Notes under the pieces: model-generated | What the model saw: only the letters and a program-made list of their open reading frames with translations | What the model was told of the DNA's origin: nothing | Database searches by the model: none | Translations under genes and position numbers: made by a program | Assembly (NCBI GenBank): GCA_035654855.1 | Contig: DASRVY010000012.1 | Coordinates: forward strand, 1-61,661 | Source: Bacillota bacterium | Lineage (GTDB): Bacteria > Bacillota > Clostridia > Saccharofermentanales > DTU023 | Reading direction: 5' to 3' | Length of the DNA stretch: 61,661 bases | Shown: piece by piece, positions 1 to 8,473 of the stretch | Layout of the letters: each line of letters opens with the position of its first letter | Position numbering within the stretch: position 1 is the stretch's first letter

Positions 1-324
1 GGGGTTTACAGAGGCAGCCGGAGCAGGGGCCAGGGCTTCCCCGATGACCGGATTCACCCACTGATTGAAGGCGGGGATCCCGCTGTGGATTTGAGGAATA
101 GGGTCAAATAGGATATCCGGTTTGACGGTCTGGGCACTGGGAATAAGGCTAAACACACTCTTGATCGAAAAAGGAAAGAGCAAACGAAAGCCCGCCAGCG
201 ACCACAGAAGGCAGGTTAACCATTTAGGTGCTCTTTTTAAAAGAGGCCGAAGAAGCACAAGGGCCAGGATCAGCCAACTGGCTGCGATACTCATATTCAA
301 GATTTTTAAAAAGAGGATATTCAC
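1..324 (-). CDS. BlaR1/M56-family signal-transducing peptidase, N-terminal fragment (continues past the left edge)
   Basis: My translation of the minus strand from GTG at 324: VNILFLKILNMSIAASWLILALVLLRPLLKRAPKWLTCLLWSLAGFRLLFPFS..., a typical hydrophobic BlaR1/M56 N-terminus. It starts 2 nt after the blaI-like stop. It is absent from the ORF track because it has no stop in the window. Confidence 0.65.
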   Translation of the reverse strand, partial: MNILFLKILNMSIAASWLILALVLLRPLLKRAPKWLTCLLWSLAGFRLLFPFSIKSVFSLIPSAQTVKPDILFDPIPQIHSGIPAFNQWVNPVIGEALAPAPAASVNP

Positions 325-326
325 CT

Positions 327-692
327 TTAGCCTTCCCTTGACGCCTCCTCAATCATTTCCCTGATTTGGACGACTTCCTCCTCGGAAAGGGACCGTCGCC
401 TGGTAAAGGCAGCGATAAAAGCCGGCAGTGACCCGTCAAAACGTCTTTCGACAAAATGCTCGCTTTGCAGGGCTTCATAATCTTCACGGGAGATGACAGA
501 TGACACAATTCCGTTTTCATTCTTGAAAAGACCCCGATCAACCAGCTTTCGAAGGACGGTGTAAGTTGTCGACCGCTTCCAATCCAAAGCCTTCTCACAA
601 AGTTTGACTAATTCTCTTGAATGCAGGGGCTCATGCTCCCAAATAATCTCAGCGAAACGAGACTCCACTTCACCCAAACTGACGACTGTCAT
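327..692 (-). CDS. BlaI/MecI/CopY-family winged-helix transcriptional repressor
   Basis: The ORF 327..719 protein (...EIIWEHEPLHSRELVKLCEKALDWKRSTTYTVLRKLVDRGL...) resembles the Penicillinase_R family. I prefer the ATG at 692 (MTVVSLGE) because a GGGAGG Shine-Dalgarno lies 7 nt upstream of it. Confidence 0.85.
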   Translation of the reverse strand: MTVVSLGEVESRFAEIIWEHEPLHSRELVKLCEKALDWKRSTTYTVLRKLVDRGLFKNENGIVSSVISREDYEALQSEHFVERRFDGSLPAFIAAFTRRRSLSEEEVVQIREMIEEASREG

Positions 693-720
693 CCGCTTGC
701 CTCCCTTCAGTCGACTCACA

Positions 721-762
721 ATAGACTAAGGTCAGTCTATGCCCGGTAAACTAGTTTGTCAA
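721..762 (-). promoter_or_regulatory. Candidate blaI promoter with overlapping 7-6-7 inverted repeat
   Basis: Minus strand reads TTGACA (757-762), 17-nt spacer, TAGACT (734-739). A perfect inverted repeat ATAGACT-N6-AGTCTAT (721-740) overlaps the -10. Confidence 0.4.
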
Positions 763-810
763 ATTTTTAAAAAAATGAGATTGGGGCCAGAATTATGATC
801 TTTAGTCACC

Positions 811-839
811 AAAAAAGGCCCGCCCATCCGGAGCGGATC
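811..839 (-). terminator. Intrinsic terminator downstream of the AAA ATPase gene
   Basis: Minus strand: GATCCGC-loop-GCGGGCC followed by TTTTTT. The stem has one mismatch and one wobble pair. Confidence 0.5.
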
Positions 840-971
840 TTAGTCGGTTTGGAATCAGGCGACAAAACGAATACAATCCATACGAAAGATGCAAAAGGTG
901 CAAAAGGTTCATTCAGACTTACCTATTCGCTATCATTTATGTCTCTTCAGCATTTCATAGCTTTGAATTGG

Positions 972-2231
972 TTAAGGCCCAAGGCAAGCTAGGGGAACAA
1001 CGTATATGCCGTCATGCCTCTGGTAGCCGTATTCCCCTGCCGTGATGATTGCCATGAATGAAGGTTCTTTCATTTGATCTGTATCGATTCGGTTTTTTAG
1101 TTTCAGCAAATTTTGAGCTGCTAAATCTGATTCCGAGTCGGCCATTTTTACCTCGACAAGAGCGTAGTGTCCATCGTGAAGATGAATGACTGCATCACTT
1201 TCCAAGCCTGATGCATCTCGGTAATGGTAAATATTACCTTCCATAAGAGCTGTATACACACGAAGGTCACGGATAACAAGCGACTCGAAATACAATCCCA
1301 TGGTTTTTAAATCAGAGAGCAGGTCTTGTGGACCGACTCTCAAAGATGCGGTCGCAATCGAAGGATCAACGAAATGCCGCGTTACAGAAGTTCGTACGGC
1401 TGTTTTCGAACGAAGCTTGGGATTCCAGGCTTCCATTTCTTCCACCACGAAAATTCGTCTTAAGTCGTTCAGATAACGGTCTAGGGTATTGATATCCATT
1501 GTGGACAAACTCGCCAAGATATCATTTTGAATTGTAGTCGTCTTTGCCCTTGTCGACACGTGCCTGGCATAAGAGCGCATGAAAGCACGCACCCGGGTAG
1601 GGTCTCTAGGAATCCCCTCCCCCAGGGAAATATCCGATTCCACTATTGAGTCAACATAATCAATGGCTTGCCTTAATGCGACCGATTCCTTTTGCCCCAA
1701 CGACAAGGGCCATCCCCCACGGCAAATAAAAAAAGCATAGTCTAAAATGGTTCTATCGCTTGTGCAAGCGATCTCTTCGCTCTCAAACAAGGACTTCAAC
1801 GATATCTTTCCATTGGATTCATCGGATTCATATAAACTCATTGGGCGCATCAATAGTCTGGCAATGCGTCCCGTTCCACTATGTGAAATAAGCTCTGATT
1901 CTACAGGCGTTGAAGAGCCTGTCAAAATAAACTGCCCAAAGGCTCCACGCCTATCCACTTCAAAACGGACAGCATCCCAAAGTTGGGGTGCTAACTGCCA
2001 TTCATCAATAAGTCTTGGCGTATTTCCTTCGAGCAACAATTGAGGGTGCAGTTCCGCCATTCGCAAATTTTGCTGTTTCATAGCTGGATCCTGCATGTGG
2101 ATACGGCTTCGAGCAATTTGGGAAGCCGTTGTCGTCTTGCCACACCATTTTGCCCCTTCGATAAGCACAGCACCCTTGGAATCTAATCTGTCCTCCAAAA
2201 TGCTATCTACCACTCGCGGTCGATAATACAT
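972..2231 (-). CDS. AAA-superfamily ATPase with DUF4143-type C-terminal domain
   Basis: 419-aa ORF with Walker A GAKWCGKTT near the N-terminus. Overall layout (MYYRPR..., ...FILTGSS..., C-terminal restriction-endonuclease-like region) is typical of AAA_14/DUF4143 proteins. Confidence 0.8.
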   Translation of the reverse strand: MYYRPRVVDSILEDRLDSKGAVLIEGAKWCGKTTTASQIARSRIHMQDPAMKQQNLRMAELHPQLLLEGNTPRLIDEWQLAPQLWDAVRFEVDRRGAFGQFILTGSSTPVESELISHSGTGRIARLLMRPMSLYESDESNGKISLKSLFESEEIACTSDRTILDYAFFICRGGWPLSLGQKESVALRQAIDYVDSIVESDISLGEGIPRDPTRVRAFMRSYARHVSTRAKTTTIQNDILASLSTMDINTLDRYLNDLRRIFVVEEMEAWNPKLRSKTAVRTSVTRHFVDPSIATASLRVGPQDLLSDLKTMGLYFESLVIRDLRVYTALMEGNIYHYRDASGLESDAVIHLHDGHYALVEVKMADSESDLAAQNLLKLKNRIDTDQMKEPSFMAIITAGEYGYQRHDGIYVVPLACLGP

Positions 2232-2283
2232 TTGACTCCCTGCCTTCCATCGCCACTGGAGACTCTCTCCCCGAAAGCTTATC

Positions 2284-2370
2284 GCATGCAGAGAAATAAC
2301 GCAATATCATTCAGAGATTTGTGGCAATCCCATTCAGGGATTTGATATTTTCATATTCAGAGAAATGTGA
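2284..2370. repeat. Four phased direct repeats (core CAGrGAwwT) at 22-23 bp spacing
   Basis: Cores are cagagaaat (2289), cagagattt (2312), cagggattt (2335) and cagagaaat (2357). The extended unit is yATTCAGrGAwwTGwk. They lie 60-140 bp upstream of the ATPase start. Confidence 0.5.
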
Positions 2371-2405
2371 ATTCTAGATACCGGCCATCATAGAAATAGA
2401 GAGAC

Positions 2406-2433
2406 AAAAAGGTCCGCCCTCTTGGAGCGGACC
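2406..2433 (-). terminator. Intrinsic terminator of tRNA-Leu
   Basis: Minus strand: GGTCCGC-loop-GCGGACC followed by TTTTTG, immediately 3' of the tRNA. Confidence 0.75.
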
Positions 2434-2443
2434 TTCAAAGAAT

Positions 2444-2526
2444 TGGTGCGGACAACAGGAGTCGAACCTGCATGCTTTCGCACTGGAACCTAAATCCAGC
2501 GTGTCTGCCAATTCCACCATGTCCGC
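2444..2526 (-). tRNA. tRNA-Leu (anticodon UAG), CCA encoded
   Basis: The reverse complement folds by eye as a class II tRNA. Acceptor GCGGACA/TGTCCGC, anticodon stem CTGGA/TCCAG with loop TTTAGGT, long variable arm, T-loop GGTTCGACTCC, then ACCA. Confidence 0.9.
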
Positions 2527-2534
2527 GTGTCAGC

Positions 2535-2564
2535 ATTATAGCCTTCAGAAGAGTTTTAAGGCAA
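2535..2564 (-). promoter_or_regulatory. Candidate promoter for tRNA-Leu
   Basis: Minus strand: TTGCCT, 18-nt spacer, TATAAT. The -10 ends 8 nt before the mature tRNA 5' end. Confidence 0.5.
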
Positions 2565-2729
2565 GTTCGCCTTCAAAAATATTTTATTTCTTTCAGCGAA
2601 AACATTTTGAAACTTTGTGCCGTTTTAAAATTTAATCTTTGCATTATCTGTAACATTTGTTATGCTAGTAAATGATCATATTTTTATAGACGCACTCTAA
2701 CCTGATAAAGACAATCTGCTGAGGTGAAA

Positions 2730-3467
2730 ATGAAAAAAATATGTGAAGTACTTGGTAGTACCCAACTTTTTCGGGGTTTGACCCATGAGCTTTATCATGA
2801 TTATTGCGAGAGCTCAAATATTCGCACTTTCTGGAAGGGTGAAATTATTATAAATGAAGGTGATGTTTGTCCCGGAGTTTATGTGATTGTAGATGGGCAG
2901 GTGGCAATGCAGAAGTACTCCAGTAATGGAGAATTTGTAACTTTGGATTTGTTGGGGCCGCTAGATGTATTCGGAGTGCGATATATTTTTGGTTCAAGAA
3001 AATATTTTGATACGACGATGGAAGCAGTTTCTACTTGCAGAGTAGTTCTAGTGTCCAGAGATAATCTTCTTAACCTTATTTCCCGCAGCCCCAAACTGCT
3101 CCATAATTATTTGCAAATATTATCAGACACCATACGTTTGCATGAGAGGAGAATAAATCTCCTTTCTCAGAAGAGTTTGCGTCAAAAGATTTCAACCTTC
3201 CTCTTAAATCTGCTTTATGATCAGTTGGAAAATGAAGGTGAGACATTAGACACTTCATCCCAGGTTGTCTCAACTCATGCGGTTGAATTGCCGGTGTCCA
3301 AAGAAGTCGTCTCCAGACTGCTGGCGATGCCTCGTCCCTCTTTTTCCCGCGAACTTATCAGTATGGAAAAAGACGGTTTAGTCAAAGTCAGCGGCCGGGT
3401 GATTTGGCTTACCGATGTTGAAGGACTTGCAAAAGGCTTGATTGACACAGACTCCAAAACCTACTGA
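2730..3467 (+). CDS. Crp/Fnr-family transcriptional regulator (cNMP-binding domain plus C-terminal HTH)
   Basis: The ORF protein has a cNMP-binding-like beta-roll (IINEGDVCPGVYVIVDGQVAM...) and a C-terminal HTH (VSKEVVSRLLAMPRPSFSRELISMEKDGLV). ATG at 2730 follows GAGGTG; the in-frame GTG at 2724 is also possible. Confidence 0.8.
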   Translation: MKKICEVLGSTQLFRGLTHELYHDYCESSNIRTFWKGEIIINEGDVCPGVYVIVDGQVAMQKYSSNGEFVTLDLLGPLDVFGVRYIFGSRKYFDTTMEAVSTCRVVLVSRDNLLNLISRSPKLLHNYLQILSDTIRLHERRINLLSQKSLRQKISTFLLNLLYDQLENEGETLDTSSQVVSTHAVELPVSKEVVSRLLAMPRPSFSRELISMEKDGLVKVSGRVIWLTDVEGLAKGLIDTDSKTY

Positions 3468-3554
3468 CAGACATCCGTAAAAACTCCCTTAAAAATAGTT
3501 GTTACTGTATAATACCTGTAATATTAAATAGTGCTTTTTTAGAAAGGGGTCTAT

Positions 3555-5231
3555 ATGTCTTTTAAAACCGATATTCAAATCGCCCAGGAAACTGAGATAC
3601 GTCCTATCTCAGAGATTGCTGAAAAAATTGGTCTTGATGATGATAATCTGATTCATTACGGAAAGTACAAAGCAAAGGTAGACCTGCAAAGTCTAAATAA
3701 CGACAAACCTTCCCGAAGAGGAAAATTGATACTGACAACTGCGATTACCCCAACCCCTGCCGGTGAGGGTAAAACAACGGTTACAATAGGGCTGGCAGAT
3801 GCCTTGAGCAGGCTTGACAAAAGAAGCATTTGCGCAACTCGTGAGCCTTCTATGGGACCTGTATTCGGAATAAAGGGCGGTGCTGCAGGTGGTGGCTATG
3901 CTCAGATTATCCCCATGGAAGACATAAATCTACATTTTACCGGCGATATGCACGCCATTGGGGCAGCTAATAATCTGCTGGCGGCAATGCTGGATAACCA
4001 TATACAGCAAGGCAATAATTTGAACATCGATGCCAGAAAAGTTATCTGGAAGCGGGTTGTGGATATGAATGACAGACAGCTTCGCTTTATTGTGGACGGT
4101 TTAAATGGAGTTTCCAATGGAGTGCCGCGTGAAGACGGTTTTGACATTACGGTAGCTTCAGAAATTATGGCAATCCTATGTTTAGCTGATTCATTGCAGG
4201 ATCTGAAGAAGCGCCTGGCCAGCATAGTTGTTGCCTATACATTTGATAATAAACCGGTAACTGCCGCCGATCTTAAAGCTGAAGGGGCTATGACCGCGCT
4301 GCTTAAAGATGCGATGAATCCCAATCTGGTTCAGACCCTGGAAGGTACTCCCGCAGTCGTGCATGGCGGGCCATTTGCCAATATTGCTCATGGCTGTAAT
4401 AGTGTTCTGGCCACAAAATTTGCGCTGGAATACGCTGACTATGTTATAACCGAAGCAGGTTTTGGCGCTGATCTGGGTGCGGAAAAATTTCTTGATATCA
4501 AATGTCGTGTCGCCGGACTTAAACCTGATGCTGTAGTGATAGTAGGGACAATCAGAGCTCTTAAAATGCACGGTGGAGTCAAGAAAGATAAACTGAAAGA
4601 AGAGGACCTTGAAGCTCTGAGCAAAGGAATTGAAAATCTTATTCAGCATGTCGATAACATGAAGAATGTTTTTGGCTTGCCTGTGGTAGTGGCTATTAAT
4701 CGCTTTACTGCCGATACTGAACGTGAAATTTCACTGGTACAGGAAAAGTGCTCGGAACTTGATGTCAATGTCGCACTTACTGATGTGTGGGGACAAGGCG
4801 GTGCCGGCGGAATTGAGTTGGCAGAGCAGATTATTGAACTGTGTGAAGAAGAATCAAATTTTACCTTCGCTTACGAACTGGACAGCTCAATTGAAGATAA
4901 ACTGAATGATATTGCTAAGCGCGTCTACCGGGCTGACGGCGTAGATTTGACTCCAAATGCGCGTAAGCAGCTGGCGCAGCTTAATGAGTTGGGATTCGAC
5001 CGTCTGCCAATCTGTATGGCGAAGACGCAGTACTCTTTTTCGGATGATCCGGCCTTGCTGGGAGCCCCGAAAAATTTCACAATAACAGTAAGAAACCTGA
5101 AAATTTCAGCCGGAGCAGGATTTATAGTCGCGCTGACCGGAGAAGTTATGACCATGCCGGGTCTGCCTAAAATACCCTCCGCCGAGAGTATTGATGTCGC
5201 GGATGATGGAAAAATATCCGGTTTATTTTAG
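3555..5231 (+). CDS. fhs: Formate--tetrahydrofolate ligase
   Basis: 558 aa with FTHFS hallmarks: ...[18 protein letters not shown]..., ...[15 protein letters not shown]..., ...[15 protein letters not shown].... Confidence 0.95.
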   Translation: MSFKTDIQIAQETEIRPISEIAEKIGLDDDNLIHYGKYKAKVDLQSLNNDKPSRRGKLILTTAITPTPAGEGKTTVTIGLADALSRLDKRSICATREPSMGPVFGIKGGAAGGGYAQIIPMEDINLHFTGDMHAIGAANNLLAAMLDNHIQQGNNLNIDARKVIWKRVVDMNDRQLRFIVDGLNGVSNGVPREDGFDITVASEIMAILCLADSLQDLKKRLASIVVAYTFDNKPVTAADLKAEGAMTALLKDAMNPNLVQTLEGTPAVVHGGPFANIAHGCNSVLATKFALEYADYVITEAGFGADLGAEKFLDIKCRVAGLKPDAVVIVGTIRALKMHGGVKKDKLKEEDLEALSKGIENLIQHVDNMKNVFGLPVVVAINRFTADTEREISLVQEKCSELDVNVALTDVWGQGGAGGIELAEQIIELCEEESNFTFAYELDSSIEDKLNDIAKRVYRADGVDLTPNARKQLAQLNELGFDRLPICMAKTQYSFSDDPALLGAPKNFTITVRNLKISAGAGFIVALTGEVMTMPGLPKIPSAESIDVADDGKISGLF

Positions 5232-5342
5232 GAAGATTCTTTAAGCGAATAGCTTAGGGTGAAATACGGTATAATGCTAAGGTGCAATTTAACATGCAAA
5301 ATAGTCAATGAAAGGTATATGCTGTCGAGCTGAAGGGTAGAA

Positions 5343-6446
5343 ATGAATAAGATTAAAAATAGCATGGCGGACTTGGGACAGTTCCTTGACCGAACAGCAG
5401 GCGTTATTAACGATGAAGGAATAATTATCGGTTCTACTAATCCGGAAATGCTTGATGTCGAGGACACAAATATCAGCACGATTTTTAGTTCCGATGAACC
5501 AATAATCAAGACTGGCAATAAATCTTATAAAATTTTGGAAGTAAACGGGTATGGTTCTTTAGTTGTTTACGTAGAAGGGACAGATAATGTCGCTGTAACT
5601 TATCTAGAATTGATAAGCTGCTGCGTAAGAGCTAACCTTCGAGAGGCCAATGATTTTCAGCTGAAAGAAGCTTTTCTGAAGAATGTACTGCTGGAAAACG
5701 AGCTGCCTGGAGATATTTCCCTCAAGTGCAGAGAGTTTGATGTCTCTTATTCCACCCCGCGATTGATATTAGTTCTGAAAAATCAGGCCAGCGACAGTCT
5801 GAGGCTGGCAGCTTCTCTAAACAGGATTTTTGCTGACAGCAAGGCTGATTACGTCTTGCCGCTGGATGAAAATACTTTAGTAATTCTTCTCGATGCATCG
5901 GAAAGCAGTGATATTTCAACCTATGAAGAAGCAGCAAAAAAGATTCTGACTCAGCTCCTGACCGACGATCTGATAAGTGCCAGAATCGGCATAGGTTTGA
6001 TTGCTGACACCTTGAAGGATACCGCTAAGTCATACCGCGAGGCTTCATTGGCCTTGACAGTAGGCAATATTTTCGAACCTTCTTCATATCTGATGCGTTA
6101 TGACAGACTTGGTCTTGGCCGTCTAATCTATCAATTGCCGCCCACATTATGCCAGATGTTTTTGCAAGAGGTGTTTAAGCCCGGAGCCTATGAAGCATTA
6201 GACAGAGAAACTTTGACAACCATCTATAAATTCTTTGAGAACAATCTCAACGGAAGTGAGACTTCCCGCCAGTTGTTCGTCCATCGCAATACTCTGGTTT
6301 ACAGACTGGATAAAGTTCAAAAAATCACCGGGCTTGACCTGCGCAATTTCGATGATGCTGTCCTCTTTAAGCTGGCATCGATGGTGAGAAGGTATTTGGA
6401 GAGAAGAGATAATCTGAAGCTTAATGAACCTGATCATTGGTGGTAG
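5343..6446 (+). CDS. PucR/CdaR-family transcriptional regulator
   Basis: C-terminal PucR-type HTH: NGSETSRQLFVHRNTLVYRLDKVQKITGLDLRNFDDAVLFKLA. Confidence 0.75.
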   Translation: MNKIKNSMADLGQFLDRTAGVINDEGIIIGSTNPEMLDVEDTNISTIFSSDEPIIKTGNKSYKILEVNGYGSLVVYVEGTDNVAVTYLELISCCVRANLREANDFQLKEAFLKNVLLENELPGDISLKCREFDVSYSTPRLILVLKNQASDSLRLAASLNRIFADSKADYVLPLDENTLVILLDASESSDISTYEEAAKKILTQLLTDDLISARIGIGLIADTLKDTAKSYREASLALTVGNIFEPSSYLMRYDRLGLGRLIYQLPPTLCQMFLQEVFKPGAYEALDRETLTTIYKFFENNLNGSETSRQLFVHRNTLVYRLDKVQKITGLDLRNFDDAVLFKLASMVRRYLERRDNLKLNEPDHWW

Positions 6447-6455
6447 ATCTCGAGC

Positions 6456-7385
6456 ATGGAGAACAAAAAAATCATAGAATTAATTGATGCTGTTAAGATC
6501 TATAAAAACGGCGTTACGGCGCTTGACCATGTCAGCTTTACGGTTGAACCGGGCGAGTTCATTTTTGTTGTGGGGGAGAGCGGGGCAGGAAAGTCAACCT
6601 TAATAAAGCTGCTGACCTGTGAAGAGAGGGTAAATTCCGGCAAAGTGTTTCTGGACGGATGCGATCTCGCACAGCTTTCGCGCAGGATGGTTCCCAGTTT
6701 AAGGCGAAAAATCGGCATGATCTTTCAAGATTTCCGCTTGATCGAAGGTAAGACAGTATTTGAAAATGTGGCTTTTGCGATGGAAATCATTGGCACAAAA
6801 CCGGAGATGATCAAGAGAAGAGTTCCTCTGGTCCTGTCGCAGGTAGGACTGCGCACGAAAACAAATATGTATACGGATGAGCTTTCCGGCGGCGAGGCGC
6901 AAAGACTCGGAATTGCCCGCGCTATAGTGAATAATCCCAGCCTGATTTTGGCAGACGAACCCACAGGTAATCTTGATCCGATCAATGGTGAGGCGATTAT
7001 GGCTCTGCTGGAGTGTATAAATCTTGAAGGTACAACGGTAATTGCCTGCACTCACGACAAAAATCTAGTTGACCGAATGGCGAAAAGAGTAATCGAGTTT
7101 TCTAATGGAAAATTGATACGTGATGCCTGTAATGCGACTTATTCAGACAAACACCGATGCCCGGAAGTCTCTGAAAAACGAGAGATCAATCAAAGACAAT
7201 CAGCGAACATCTGCGATAATTATGAGCATACTGAAAGAATTCCTGATCAACAGGAACAGATTAGAATTCCTCAGATAAAGGATATGGAAAGACGCATTTT
7301 AGAGGCACATAAACGCAGAGCCGACAGGCGTGAAGGGCGTCAAATGGAGCAAGACAAAACGCATTGGACAGACCTTGGTGAATAA
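6456..7385 (+). CDS. ftsE: Cell-division ABC ATPase FtsE with an approximately 85-aa charged C-terminal extension
   Basis: Walker A GESGAGKST, signature LSGGEAQR, Walker B LILADEPTGNLD. It sits upstream of ftsX. The ABC fold ends near ...EFSNGKLIRD and is followed by a low-complexity basic/acidic tail. Confidence 0.9.
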   Translation: MENKKIIELIDAVKIYKNGVTALDHVSFTVEPGEFIFVVGESGAGKSTLIKLLTCEERVNSGKVFLDGCDLAQLSRRMVPSLRRKIGMIFQDFRLIEGKTVFENVAFAMEIIGTKPEMIKRRVPLVLSQVGLRTKTNMYTDELSGGEAQRLGIARAIVNNPSLILADEPTGNLDPINGEAIMALLECINLEGTTVIACTHDKNLVDRMAKRVIEFSNGKLIRDACNATYSDKHRCPEVSEKREINQRQSANICDNYEHTERIPDQQEQIRIPQIKDMERRILEAHKRRADRREGRQMEQDKTHWTDLGE

Positions 7386-7554
7386 TAGTAAGCAGATTGT
7401 GCAGAGCAACTGATTATGATTAGCATATATTTGGAGAGCACATCAGACGTAAATACGACATGAAGTGATGACGATATTATATGATAACTAGTAAACTAGA
7501 CAGGAATATTTTTATAACGCTGCAGTCAAAGCAGGCGTTCCCGGAGTTTTTAGC

Positions 7555-8457
7555 ATGAAGAAATATGAATTTTTCTATGCCGCTAAGCAAGGTTTTGTCA
7601 ATCTTTTACGCCATCCCTTGCTCTTATTTTCTTCGGTTACTACCTTGACTATAATGCTTTTTTTATTGAGCACTTTTGCTGCTTTCTCCTTGAATGCCAG
7701 TCATCTGGCTGAGATATTGGGCAAGCAGCCCCCAATCGAAATTATGATGGAGCCAGGCATTGATGAGGAAATAGTTGACGATCTGGCAATCGACTTAAAT
7801 GAGAATCCTCTGGTTATCGAGATCAACGCTTATTCTGCAAAGGAAAATTTTGACAGCTTTAAGGAAAGCATCGGCAAAGAAGAAATTTTCAATGAAGAGA
7901 ACTATATTGGCAACTTTCCTGCCACTTTTAATGTGCGGCTTGATGATCCTGTCCGGGCGGAAGCCTTCAGAGAGGATATTTTGCAGCATAACGGTGTTTT
8001 CTCGGTGAGTCTTGAGCATGAATTAATGAGTTTTCTGGAGAAGGTCCGGACGACACTATACTCAGTGGGTATAACGGCATTTCTGATTTTGGCCCTGGTA
8101 TCATCGCTTGTGGTTGCTAATATGACCAGAGTAGCAGCTCTTTCCAGAGCTAACGAAATCAATATTATGAAATATGTCGGTGCGACCGACCGCTATGTTA
8201 GAATTCCCTTTATGATTGAAGGTGCAATAGCCGGGGTGTTAGGAGCATTGTTCGGCACTCTTATTTCAGGCTTTTTGTACAATTATATATATGGCGTCGT
8301 CGACAAATCGACTGCTGCCGGGTCACTGGCAACCCAGCTCAAGCTGCTGCCAACTTCACAGATAGTCGGTATAATGCTACTATTAAACATTATCGCAGGG
8401 GTGGTACTCTGTGTTATTGCCAGCTCCTTATCACTTAGGCGGCATGTGAAAGTTTGA
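7555..8457 (+). CDS. ftsX: Cell-division permease-like protein FtsX
   Basis: 300 aa. N-terminal TM, large extracytoplasmic loop, then three C-terminal TMs with ...MKYVGATDRYVRIPFMIEG..., typical of FtsX. Confidence 0.85.
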   Translation: MKKYEFFYAAKQGFVNLLRHPLLLFSSVTTLTIMLFLLSTFAAFSLNASHLAEILGKQPPIEIMMEPGIDEEIVDDLAIDLNENPLVIEINAYSAKENFDSFKESIGKEEIFNEENYIGNFPATFNVRLDDPVRAEAFREDILQHNGVFSVSLEHELMSFLEKVRTTLYSVGITAFLILALVSSLVVANMTRVAALSRANEINIMKYVGATDRYVRIPFMIEGAIAGVLGALFGTLISGFLYNYIYGVVDKSTAAGSLATQLKLLPTSQIVGIMLLLNIIAGVVLCVIASSLSLRRHVKV

Positions 8458-8473
8458 GGTCATTTTACTAAAA

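Noticed and set aside
122-364. 80-aa plus-strand ORF at the left edge.
   Set aside because: It is antisense to a convincing BlaR1/M56 N-terminal coding frame and to the 3' end of blaI. It has no SD and an odd basic composition.
846-930. Possible decayed tRNA-Leu copy adjacent to the left homologous terminator.
   Set aside because: Beyond the terminator-like 32 nt, the alignment to the tRNA 3' half is patchy (short matches such as gcgacaaaac vs gcggacaaca) and no cloverleaf can be drawn.
2472-2675. 67-aa ORF overlapping tRNA-Leu. The 93-aa ORF 11269..11550 overlaps tRNA-Ala in the same way.
   Set aside because: Both simply read through tRNA genes and their terminators, so they are not coding.
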